Positions 37,484 to 48,880 of a stretch of 64,000 nt of DNA are shown piece after piece (positions within the stretch are counted from its first letter, which is position 1; every line of letters starts with the position of its first letter). Source of the DNA: Lama glama. Taxonomy: Eukaryota. The stretch is from assembly GCA_028534125.1 (NCBI GenBank), contig CM052817.1, positions 8,372,001-8,436,000 of the forward strand, written 5' to 3'. The notes beneath the pieces are model-generated. The model saw nothing but the letters and a program-made list of their open reading frames with translations. It was not told the DNA's origin and did no database searches. The position numbers and the translations under genes were made by a program.

Positions 37484-38336
37484 ATAGCGCTAATTATCAG
37501 AGAAATGCAAATCAAACTAAAATGAAGTATCATCTCACACCAGTCAGAAGGGCCATCGATATAAAGTCCACAAACAATAAATGCTGGAGAGGGTGTGGAG
37601 AAAAGGGAACCGTCCTACACTGCTGGTGGGAATGTAGTTTGGTGCAGCCGTTATGGAAAACAGTATGGAGATTCCTCAAAAAACTAAAAATAGACTTACC
37701 ATATGATCCAGCAATCCCACTCCAGGGCATATATCTGGAGGGAATTCTAATTTGAAAAGATACATGCATCCCAATGTTCATAGCAGCACTATTTGCAATA
37801 GCCAGGACATGGAAGCAACCTAAATGTCCATTGACAGATGACTGAATAAAGAAGATGTGGTCTATTTATACAATGGAATACTACTCAGCCATAGAAAAGA
37901 ATAAAATAACGCCATTTATAGTGGCATGGATGGAACTGGATGTCATCATTTTAAGAGAAGTAAGCTGGAATGAGAAAGAAAAATACCATGTCACTCATAT
38001 ATGGAATCTAAAAAAAAAAAAGGAAAAGAAGGGGGACACTAATGAACTCATCTACAAAACAGAAACAGACTTGTGAACAATCTTATAGGTACTAGGGGAA
38101 GAGGGGTAGGAAGGGATAAATTTGGGAGTTTGAGATTTGCAAATGTTAGCTACTATATGTAAAAATAGATAAAAACAAATATTTCTGTATAGCACAGGGA
38201 ACTGTATTCAATATCTTGTAATAACCTTTAACGAAAAATAATATGAAAACAAATATACGTCTGTATATGCATGAATGGGACATTATGCTGTACACCAGAA
38301 ATTGACACAATGTAAGTTACTATACTTCAATAAAAA
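37484..38336 (+). mobile_element. 5'-truncated L1 (ORF2 C-terminus plus 3'UTR)
   Basis: ORF 37522-37755 MKYHLTPVR...[17 protein letters not shown] is the L1 ORF2 cysteine-rich region; ends 'tatacttcaataaaaa'. Confidence 0.92.
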
Positions 38337-38825
38337 TTTGTTTTCTAATTGTGGCAAAATACACATAAAAGGAAATTTACATCTTAATTATTTTTAAGTG
38401 TACGTATCAGCAGCATTGGGCCCATTCACACTGCTGTGCTACCATCACCACTGACATCCAGCCACAGAACTCTGCATCTTGCAAAACTGAAACCCTGCAT
38501 CTGTTGAACAATAGGTCCCCATTTCCCCCTGTCCCAGCCCCTCACAACCACAGCACTACTTTTGATCTCTGTGAACGTGACTGTTTAAGATCCTTCAGAT
38601 AAGTGGACTCCTATAGTAGTTGTCCTTTTGTGACTGGCTTATTTCACTTATTGTCATATTCTCAAGGTTCACCCATGTTGTAGCATGTGCCAGAATGTCC
38701 CTTTTTAAGATGGAATAATATTCCATTGTATGTGTTTGCCACATTTTGCTCACACATTCATTTATCAGACATTTGGGTTGCTTCTACCTTTTGGCAGCTG
38801 AGAATAACACTGCTCTAAACTTAGG
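38337..38825 (-). mobile_element. L1MB-type 3' end
   Basis: 'aattgtggcaaaatacacataa', 'catcttgcaaaactgaaac', 'gtgactggcttatttcactta', 'gacatttgggttgcttctacc'. Confidence 0.8.
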
Positions 38826-39559
38826 TTGTCATTTCCGGGTGTCTGTAGGTGTCCCTGGTGTGTGCTCTGCCTCCCCCGGTCGCCCCATGCCGTGCCCTCC
38901 CCCAGGCAAAAGCTGCATGTTTTGTTTTGTTTTGTTTTGTTTTTTTACCCTCTCAGCACTCTCCTAGAACCCTGGACAATGTTCAGTGGAGAAGAGGCAC
39001 TCCAATAATTGTTGACTAAGTGAATGGACAAATTTAACCTGAAATATGTTAAAAATTATCTTACTTCTCTATGGTCACATTTTATTTTTTTAAGAAAAAC
39101 CTCATAATGGTGTGAAAGTATATGTGATTGTGTAACTGGGGAAACATACCCGGGGAGAGGAAAAAAAGAAGCTTTGCTAAGTCAAAATACTCTAGGGCTT
39201 TTAACCTGCTTTTGGTTATTTGGGGCAATCATACATTGATTTTTGTGGTAAAAAGTGATCATACAGTTTAGGTATTTAAAATAAAATCTGAAGATATCTT
39301 TTAAACTCAGAACTTTGTGAAGATGATACAAGGAAATGCTACAAGGAAATTTCTTGCATGGAAATGATACGTTATGTTACTTTCTACATAAGAATCCTCT
39401 GGTTCTGACATCAACTGCACACTCTCCTCACCAGGGCACTGGGGAGAAATCTCAGTCAGTTCCGTGAGGGAAATGAGTGACTCAGAGAGGCTTCCTGACT
39501 TTGGGTGAAGTCCAATGGTCCTCTTGTCTAAAGCTATTCATTCTGAGGCTGGTTAGTAT

Positions 39560-40490
39560 GTTAAAAGTTATTATGGAAAAGTTCAAACATATAACAAAGT
39601 AGAGAGCCTAATATAATAAATTACTCGCACGTACCCATGATGCAATTTCAGCAATTATTAACTCACGGCCAATATTATTTTGTCCATGCCTCCATCCACT
39701 TCCCCCTCCCTCCTGAATTACTTTGGAGCAAATCCCAGACATTATATAATTTCATCTGTACAGATTTCAGCATGTATTCAATAGGTAAGTACTTTAAGGA
39801 AACAATGACAATAAAATTTTTACATCTAAATGATTAAAAATAATTACTCATAGTAATGAAACGTTGAATCAGTGTTCAGATTTTTCCAATAATTTTATAT
39901 TCTTTTAACAGTTTTTTCTGTCAGTAGTTTAAATCAGTTTCATACATTGCAATTGCTAGATATGCCTCAAGTCTTTTTAAATCTCTTCTCTCTCTAGTCT
40001 TTTTTCCACCTTGTAATTTATTTGTTGAAAAACCATCTATTTGGTCTGTAACCTTTCTTGTGTTCTGGATTCTGCTGATTGACTCCCCATGGCTTCATTT
40101 CACATGTTCCCCTGCTCCTCTTTTTCCTGTAAATTGGTAGTTAGATCTTGATGCCTGATAGATTCAGGTCGGAGTTTTTGGCAGGAATACCGTTATCTTT
40201 AGATGATGATGTGTTTTTCCATCGTGTCTAATGGACTTTCTTTCTGTGATGTTAGCAGCCATTCATAATCATTGTCTAGATCCATTATCTCTTCAGGGTT
40301 CAGAAGATGTGAGTTTCTAATTTTACCGTTCTTCATTCTTCTTTTGTCTGGAATGTTGCTTTAAAGCGAATCCCCTCATTAAGACTGAATACTCTGAGAT
40401 ACGCTTTGTACAGAAAAGCCTTGATTACTTTCACTTCTACTTACCAAATTTTTAAAACAACAGGTGATCAATGAGCTTTTCGACTTACCT
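39560..40490 (-). mobile_element. L1MC4/5-type 3' region
   Basis: 'ttattatggaaaagttcaaacatata', 'gcaaatcccagacattatataatttcatctgta', 'ctgtaaattggtagttagatct'. Confidence 0.7.
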
Positions 40491-43071
40491 TTTACCCTTC
40501 ATCCATTCATTTTTTCCTTCACCTTCCTTTTCCTCCCTTCCTTCCTCCCTTTTCCATTATTAACTCATTTAAACATATTGTTAACTGTATTTATAACTAA
40601 AACATCTTAATTAACTTTAACAATTCGATGGATTTTAATAGGATTTATTACTTCTAAATTTTAGAGTTTTTATTTCTATTTGAAGTAAATATATTCATAT
40701 ACTTTCTTGAAATGTCAATTCTTTGTCAATTGATTATTATCCATATTCTCCTTACGATATGCCAATGAAGATCCATAAGCAGATATCTACTAGATGAGGC
40801 TTCCAAATAAGCTAATATTTTCCTGATTAAAAATAGACAGATTTAGTTAGTACATCATTTCTGGCCTTCTCCCTACCCGCTCTTCCTACCTGGGATGTGG
40901 ATGCAATGGCTGGAGGAGTAGCAGTGATCATACCACAAAGAGAATGAACAAATATATACATACACAGATAGGAGCAGAAATTGAATTGAAACCCAGTTCT
41001 TTGATGATTTTTTTAAAGGAATGGCTCCATTCTGAGATTATTGTATCTGACTTCTTTTTATATGAGAAACCCCCCAGTTTTTTAAGCCACTATTTATTGG
41101 CATTTTTGATATTTGCAGCTATGTGTCTTCCATGATGCATTTGTCTAAGGTCATGTACATAATAAGTTGGAGAGGTGGGTTTTAAATCCAGGTTTGTTAA
41201 TATCTAAAGCTTGTGTTCTCTTATGAAATGATGTGTATAAGCATGGACAAGGAATACAGCTGAATACTTCTATGAAGAGAACACCCTCATTAGCTCTTCG
41301 ATTCCTCTCAGATATGCTTTGTACAGAAAAGGCAAGATGTATGCTTGATTTTAAACCAGCCTCCTCCTGTCTAAGGCTGTGCAGGTCTCTGAAGAAAAGC
41401 CCAGGATTAACACATATTTTCAGCATCTCCTCAGGAAGCGAATGAAGTGCTTCTGGCCTCATGTAATGAGCTGATGAAATATACAAGCTTTTTCTTGTCT
41501 CTTGTCAAATGATTTCCAACCTTTTTATACCAACGAGGTCTCTTTTATTAACTCCCTGCAAAGTATAACATATTTTGAAAGATTTTTGTCAAGCAAACTG
41601 CACTTAGTAATAAACATTTAATTCACTTCCCCATTTGAATTTAATCAACTGCACATATAACCTTTAATCATAATTTCTGATCTACGTGTCTACTGCGAGC
41701 ACATTGAGTTGGTTTTAATTTCAGTGAAAAACAAGGATATTTTGGTTAATCTGTACAGCCTTAAAGTCAGTTAGGATTTTAAGGGTAATAGAAATGCCCT
41801 GCGAATCCCCTGGTCACCTCTGCAGACTCCTGTGGGTTGGGGGTCCCTGCTCTAGAGTCTGGTGGTCTGCATTCCAGTAAGCTGGCTGGTTCCCACTACA
41901 ACCAAAGGTGGAGGAGAGGCTTCAGTCAGAAGGAAGATGGGTTTGCTGCTGTCTCAGGCTCCTCCTGATGCCTCACATGGCTTCTGATCCAGCGTGAGCC
42001 CTGGCGGTCCTGGGCCTACTCAGCCCCTGATATTGATCACTTCCCACCTGTAGTCTCAACCAGGCTGAAAACCAAATTCTGGGGTATTTTAGGAGCCCCA
42101 TCCACAAGGGTAGGTGGCACCTAGAATCAGTCTTGCTTAGATCCCTGCCTGGTGCCCTGTAGATCTCTTTCTTCTGAGCCCTTGTCATGCTCTTCTGCCC
42201 ACCATGAATGAGTTCTGTCTGAAAAGCATTTACTGAGTACCTGCCATGAGCTAGCATAGTGTTAGATGCATCTGCCTTGATTTCTGATTGATAATCTCTT
42301 TTTTTTTTTGAGAGCTTAACCTGAACCTCACCAGGGTTTGTGAGACCCTCTGTAGCTAATGCTGGTCTCCCCAGCATGTTACCCTTTTACTGGAGTTGGA
42401 CTCCTCTGAGGGGGTCTGCCAGTAGGTTCCTGCTACAGCCCAGATGGGTCATCCACCGTCTCAACACCGTAGGTCCTGCTGTTTTGCTGAGAGGGGCCCT
42501 GTTGCCGTGTCCTTCCTACCAGATCCAGTTCCTATGTGTCCTCCTCTTATGTGACTCTCTCTCCTATTAGACTATAAGCTGCCTGAAGGCAAGGGCTATG
42601 TTCACTTCAGTATCCCCAGTACCATGTCCAATGCACAGGGAGTGGTAAATGCTGGTTACTCTTTGTTGAAAGGTGAATGGAAGTGAGTGCTGCTTGGAGA
42701 GGGGAGGGGAGACTTTGAGATGAAGGAGCCGTGGACCTGAGAAGTCTGGCGATCATAGAGGCTGATCATTGTGAATGTTGAAGTCACCTGGGGTGATGTG
42801 GGATGAAGGGGAGTCTGTGGGCTGAATACCACTGTCACCATTAGAGCATCATTTGGACCACTGGCCAAATGAGTAGTGTCCACGTGTTGTTTAGGGACAG
42901 CATGGTGGGGGCACAGGCTAGAGTAGCTAGAGGGCCTGAGCTTCAAGAGGAGGGGAGCTTTGGCATCAGAGCATAGGCAGCTGGTGGTGGCCAGCATGCT
43001 GACCACAACTCTGGGGAATGTGGAGGTGTTAGGCAGTTTAGACAGAAATGAACACTGGGCAGGGGGAGAGG

Positions 43072-43503
43072 ATGGGGAAAGGAACAACCCAGAAAATAAC
43101 AGTACATCCTCACTCAGGATAAGGGACTTTATCTTTCTTACTTTCTCTAAATGAGGGCCAGCAAAAGAAGCCAGTTAAAATCCAAGTGCTGCAGCTGTGC
43201 ATGGGAGGGGGGCCTGCCCAAAAGGGGAGGGGCGTGCCAGAGTGCAGGCAACCTGAGTTGTCAGTCAATCACTCAATCACAAAACCAGGATATAAAAACA
43301 GGAAAAACAGAGGAACGGCACCGTTTTCCCTTCCTTAGGCCCACTCCCGATTCTCGGGAGGGTACTATCTTTTACTATATTTTTTACTTTACTAATACAA
43401 ATCTTGCTTATATCACACTTTCTGCCTCTCGTCAAAAATTCTTTTTTTTTTTTTCAGGTGACTAAGAACCGAGGTAATTCTTATTTTTGTTTTCCCGGTA
43501 ACA
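43072..43503 (+). mobile_element. Probable young ERV solo LTR (5' boundary uncertain, 43072-43152)
   Basis: GC box, TCAATCAC x2, TATAAAAA at 43291, AATACA signal at ~43394, ends 'ccggtaaca'; CpGs retained. Confidence 0.6.
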
Positions 43504-44443
43504 GAGGGACATGTTGAGAATGGGCAGATTCCACCTGAGACGAGTACAAGAGAATCAGTGTTGCCGGGGAAAGTCAATTCTCAGCTAAGATAGGGAAGTG
43601 ATGGGGGTACTCAGGGAAGAGGTTGTGGGTGTGTGTCGGTTGGTTAACCACATCGCAAAGACTGCACAGATCAGCACCTGAGCCGGCCCAGTCCCCAGGA
43701 TGGCTACCTGCCTCATCTCATCCACCGAGCTCCGTCCACCACCAAGGTCCCCACGTGCCTCAAGAGAGTCCTGCCAGCTTTGGCTTCACCCCAACTTCCT
43801 GCACCTCCTCAGATTGCCGTGTGGCCAGCTTGAGTCCTGGAGCTTTGTGCTTGACAGTTGCCCCATCTCTCCGGTCTCAGCCTCCTGCCTGTCCACTCTC
43901 CCCCAGCGAAAACCAGATCTGAAAAACCTGTTCCTGCTGCTCTTCACCTCAAGTCATCTCCCCAGCCAGAACTTTTGCTTAATTTGCTTACTGACATTTC
44001 ACACTGATATGTGGGGGATTGTCAGTTGAGTTCCCAGTGTATCATGACTCACATGTTTTTGAAGAATATGTGGAGGAGGGAGGAAAAAAAATTAAACCAG
44101 GGAAAATGAGAAGAGAGAGAGAGGATTTTAGTCATATAAGTCCTAAAAGAGCTTACCCGAGGCTTGCTCTGGTAGTGTTTGTTTTAGAAAATGACTGGAG
44201 GCCAGAGAGTTTGAACTTTTCCATTGTCAAGTCTGCTGAAAATTCAAGCAGGGCCAGTCGCTGGAGACTTCTCTTTCTTCAGTTCCTGAGATGGAAAAAA
44301 TGAAAATCTGAATCTTATTAAGCAGATCCACAGGGCTTGGATTGAAAGAAATATGAAAGCACAATTTTTCATTCAAGCCTGCGAAGGAAAAATAAGTTCA
44401 GAGTGAGCCAGACGTACCCTGTGACTCCTTCAGCAGCTACTCA

Positions 44444-44448
<5 letters not shown>

Positions 44449-44490
<42 letters not shown>
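44449..44490. repeat. (TG)21 microsatellite
   Basis: Directly visible. Confidence 0.97.
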
Positions 44491-44491
<1 letters not shown>

Positions 44492-45419
44492 TCTTCTGGC
44501 TGACAAACTGGTTCCAAAATTTTCACAAGAAGACAATGTTTTTGCTACCAAATTGGCCAGAAAGAAGTATCAAGTGACGTTTCCAGATGGAAGTTACTTT
44601 TGATGAACTCGGTCATGGTGACACTTTTGCTCACATGGGACTCTGCCAGGAAAGCCTTCTCTGCCCCCAGCATCCCAGTCTTACATATTTCAGGGTGTAG
44701 CCAGGGCGTCTTCCTTCATCCCTACATCACACAGCACAGCTCTCACTGTCTGTGCCATTTGAGCAAACGCTAACTGTCCTGCCTTCCTGGGGCTTTCAGT
44801 ATTTTCAGGTTGCCTCTGGCTTACTCAAGTCTGCCTTTGCTTGGAGCTGCAGCTCTCTCAAAATTGCTTTTCCGTAAATGCAAGCTGGGTCTGTCCTTGA
44901 ATTCTTTAGAGTGTAGTGTCTAAAACATTAATTGAAAGCTTGTGAAATGAGGAAGGCATTACAATGCAGGTGATGTGATAAGGCGTGGCCTTAACCCAAG
45001 TTCCTCCACAGAGGGGGCCCTACACTGATGTGTTCTCCTGAGGCCTGAAAGGGGGTGCCCCGAATAGGTGGATTTCTTCTAGCTCAGGTCCAGGTCTCAG
45101 CCCTCGAGAGAGCTTGAGGGAGAATCACCAGGGCTCCCTCTAAACACTTGGCCTGGAAACACATCTCACTCTGTTTTCTCATTTTAGGTCTCTTCCTTTT
45201 GGAAGAGGATCTCACTTTATCTTTGCCTAACTTAAAAGCCCTGCGGTTTTTCCCTAAACAAAGGCACCATCTTCCCCATGGACAAATTTGACCCTCTGCC
45301 TCCAAAGCAGCAGCAGAATTACTGGCGGCTTTCAAAAGTCGAAGTCATGCTGCTGGCCGTCAAGGTTTCAAAACATGTATGCGTGCAGTTTCAGCTAGAA
45401 CATCTCAGAGCACGTTAAG

Positions 45420-46020
45420 CATCTTTTCCCTCTCCTGCCTCACACAGTTTCCTCTATGATTAACATCTTGTGTTAGTGAAGCACATTTTTAAACATTAGG
45501 GAACCAATATTGATAACTTATTAAAGTCCACAGTTTATAGATTTACTCTTGATGTACATTTTATGGGTTTTGACAAATACATCTTGTCATGTATCCACTG
45601 CTGCAGAATCACATATAGAATAGTTTCACTGCTCTAAAAATTCTCATTGAAGCTGAACAAAGTTGGCTATTCTCGGTCTTCTGCCTTTCCACGTGAAGTT
45701 TACAATCAGTTTGTTGGTACCTATAAAATGACTTGCTGGGATTCTGATTGCATTATGTTGAATCTATAGATCAACATGGGAAGAAGTAACATCTTGACAA
45801 TATTGAGTCTTTCTATTTATGAACATGGAATAACTCTCCATCTATTTAGACCTTCTTTGATTTCTTTCATCAGTTCTGTAGTTTTCCTAATATATAGATC
45901 TTATATGTACTGTGTTAGATGTGTATTTGATAATTCAATATATTTTTGGTGTTAATGTAAATGGTGTTCTATTATTTTTAGTTTTAGATTCCAATTGTTC
46001 ATTGCCAGTATATAGATGTA
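45420..46020 (-). mobile_element. L1MC/MD fragments (3'UTR piece joined to ORF2 piece)
   Basis: 'atgggttttgacaaatac', 'gttgaatctatagatcaa...catcttgacaatattgagtctt...tgatttctttcatcag'. Confidence 0.7.
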
Positions 46021-47658
46021 TTTATTTTTATCAGAAAAGAATCTCCAGACAAGCTCAGAACAAGTCTCCAAATCAACTCAGTGCAAATGACATCTCACAA
46101 AAGATTGAATGCATTTTCTTATCCAAAGTCTGATTCCTGTGGTCCCATCAGGAGGTCACTTACCCTATGCTTGCATATTGTCTCTGATGGGTAGCTCACT
46201 CTCTCTCAAAGCAACCCATTGTCTTCCAGACAACTTTGCTTTCAGTTTTTCCTTATGCTGGATTCCTTGTGGATGAGTTGTAGCGTAATTCTAAAATGAC
46301 AAAGGAATTGTGATCCAAGCTAATGGTTTTGTCTACACTGTCACCTACTCAGGATGAATGTGGAGCCAGCGTTGTCCCAGCACTGGTGAAGGAGAGGAGC
46401 CCTGTGTGCTGTGAGATTCTGTGTGCTGACGAGTCACACTCTAACGTAATAAACACCTGACTTCAGGTCCAGATTTGTCACTTATTAGCTGAGTAATCTT
46501 TGACAAACCCCATCATTTTCCAATTTCTTGATTTTTAAAAATGGGAAAATTAGCACCTTCATAAGGCTATCATAAAAAAAATAATCAAGACAGTGATCAT
46601 GAAAGCAGTTTTCAACCAAACTGTTCAGTGAGAGCATGATTTTAACTTATTATCCTTCAAGTCATTGTCACCACCCAGATCCGTGAATCAACAAATGGAC
46701 CTGGAAGAAAGGCAGAGAGAAAAGTGGAGTTGAAATGCTCATAGGAAACCTAGGGAGACATGACTTCCAAGCTTTGAATGTCATGGCTAAAGAGGACTTA
46801 AATGTAATCCAGTATAACCCCTTCACTTCATAGAATGAGGAAAATGAGCCTTGAAGAGGAAATTGACTTGCCCAAGTTCGTGAGCCAGGCTGTTTAGCTG
46901 CTGAACTAAGAAAGGGTTCAATCTGTCTGAGACCAGCGCTCAGTCTTCTTACTTACTTTACAAAAGAAGCATCTGAAGCTTCCCTTCCAGGCTCTGCCCT
47001 GTCCATGCTTTCCTGCTTCTTCCCTGGTCATGGAACACATAGCTTTCCAGTGACAGCTCTCATCGTAAGGAATCTGGGGGATGAATTACACAGTGGCAAT
47101 TTCTTCTCCAAGAAAAACAATTCACTGCCCATCTCTGAGCAGGGGGTATGTTTTTAAGGCTCAAACAAGCCAAGAGGAGCCAAGGACCTCAGCTGAAATG
47201 TTAATTTCCACTGATCAAAGGAACAAAGTTCCATTTAGGGGTGCAAGTAAGAATGTCTTGGTCATGATGGTGGACCCACTGAAAGAGAAATGAATGTTTT
47301 GCAGGAACTGAAGTCCAAATGTCCTCTTGAAAACTGATAAAGGATATTCTGTGAGGGAAGAGCAAGATAATCATGTAGCAAACATGTACCAAACATTTTT
47401 TTCTATACCAGACATGGTACTGGGTGATGAGTTTACAAAAATGAATTCAATGTGGTCTTTGGCTTTGAATTTCTCACAGACTGCTGTGTTTCGGAAACAT
47501 CTGCCGCCAAGAGCCATGCTACCTTGGGCTTGATGCCTCAGTTTACCATGTCTGAAATGGGGACAATAACTGTGTACACCTCATTGGACTGTGATATGGG
47601 TTAAAGGAGAAGATAACTATAAAGTCTGCAGCACAGAGGCTTACAGAATGTGAGGAAT

Positions 47659-47831
47659 AGTGGGAGGGTATATAGCTCCAGTGGTAGAATGCATGCTCAG
47701 CACACACAAGGTCCTGGGTTTGATCCCCAGTACCACCTTTAAAATAAATAAGTAAACCTAATTACTTCCCCCTTCAAAAATAAAAAAATAAATAAATGAA
47801 CATGAAAAATAAAACAAACATAAAAAATAAA
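47659..47831 (+). mobile_element. tRNA-derived SINE, camelid type (Vic-1-like)
   Basis: A-box 'tagctccagtgg', B-box-like 'ggtttgatccc', 'aaataagtaaacctaattacttcccc', A-rich tail; TSD agaatgtgaggaat (47645-47658) / agaatgtaaggcat (47832-47845). Confidence 0.85.
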
Positions 47832-47984
47832 AGAATGTAAGGCATGATGTGATAGCAGGTGTTCAAATGGAGATTTGAAAGCTCATAGACCTCAGGCTCT
47901 GGAATCAAATATTCACGTGGGACCACGGGCAAGTGTAGCAGACACCATTGGTTATTTTTCCTAGAGACACCAATTTCATCAGTT

Positions 47985-48880
47985 TTTTTCCTTCCTTAAT
48001 GATGTTCAAGCAACATATTGCTTTGGGGAGGTTGACCCCTTTTCCATACCCTAGGATAAGTCTTGAATGGTCTGTGCTGATCATGGTGGCCCCCATTCCC
48101 CTTGGTGGTGACTGGCTTAAGCTCGGGAGCACGATGCAGTTCTGAGCAATGAGATATAAGAAGTTGACTAGTGGGCTTTCAGGAAAGGTTTTCTAGCTCT
48201 TAATATAAGGCCCTGCTGTGGGCTGGATTTTGTCCTCCTAACCCCCACACTTGTGCATGTGACCTTATTTGGAAATAGGGTATCTGCAAATGTAATCAAG
48301 TTAAGCTGAGGCCATCCTGAGTGAGACAGCCCTAAATCCAACATGACTAGTGTCCTTATAAAAAGAGGAAAAGAGACAGAGGAACACACACACAGGGAAA
48401 ACCATCTCTCAGAGGCAGAGGGTAGAATGATGAGCCTGCAAGCCAAGGGACACCGAGGTCTGCTGGCAACCACCGGAAGTCAGGAAAAGGCAAGAAAGTA
48501 TCCTTTTCCAGAGCCTTCAGGGAGAGCATGGCCCTGCTGACACCTTGATTTCAGACTTTTGACTTCCCAAACTGAGGGAATACATTTGTTTTAAGTCACC
48601 TTTTTTGCAGTAACTAGTTAGAGTCGCCCTAGGAAGCTAACATGGCACTAAGAAAAGATGTGCTCTCGTCTTGTCATTGAATCACTGTGTCCGGATGAAT
48701 CACTGAAATTACTGTAACCTTGTTGCAGCTCTGAGCCCAGGTATGAAGTTCCTGAATTCCCCAATCCCAGAGCTGCCTCACTCTGTTCTTCCTGTTGTGT
48801 TAGGCAATGTGTTTCCCTCAGTGTTTAAGCCACACTGAGTTGATTTTTCTGTTACTTGCAGATAAAATTATCCTAAACTG
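47985..48880 (+). mobile_element. Old MLT1 (J/K-like) LTR interrupted by a younger MLT1
   Basis: 'gcagttctgagcaatgagatataagaag...ggaaaggttttct' before and 'tgtttaagccac...ttctgttacttgcag' after the insert. Confidence 0.6.
48214..48643 (+). mobile_element. MLT1C/B-like MaLR solo LTR
   Basis: 'tgtgaccttatttggaaatagggt', 'ccctaaatccaacatgactagtgtccttata', 'catggccctgctgacaccttgatttcagactt'. Confidence 0.85.

Noticed and set aside
47662..47735. tRNA-like sequence
   Set aside because: Followed by a SINE body, A-rich tail and TSD, and the cloverleaf is degenerate; it is a SINE head, not a tRNA gene.
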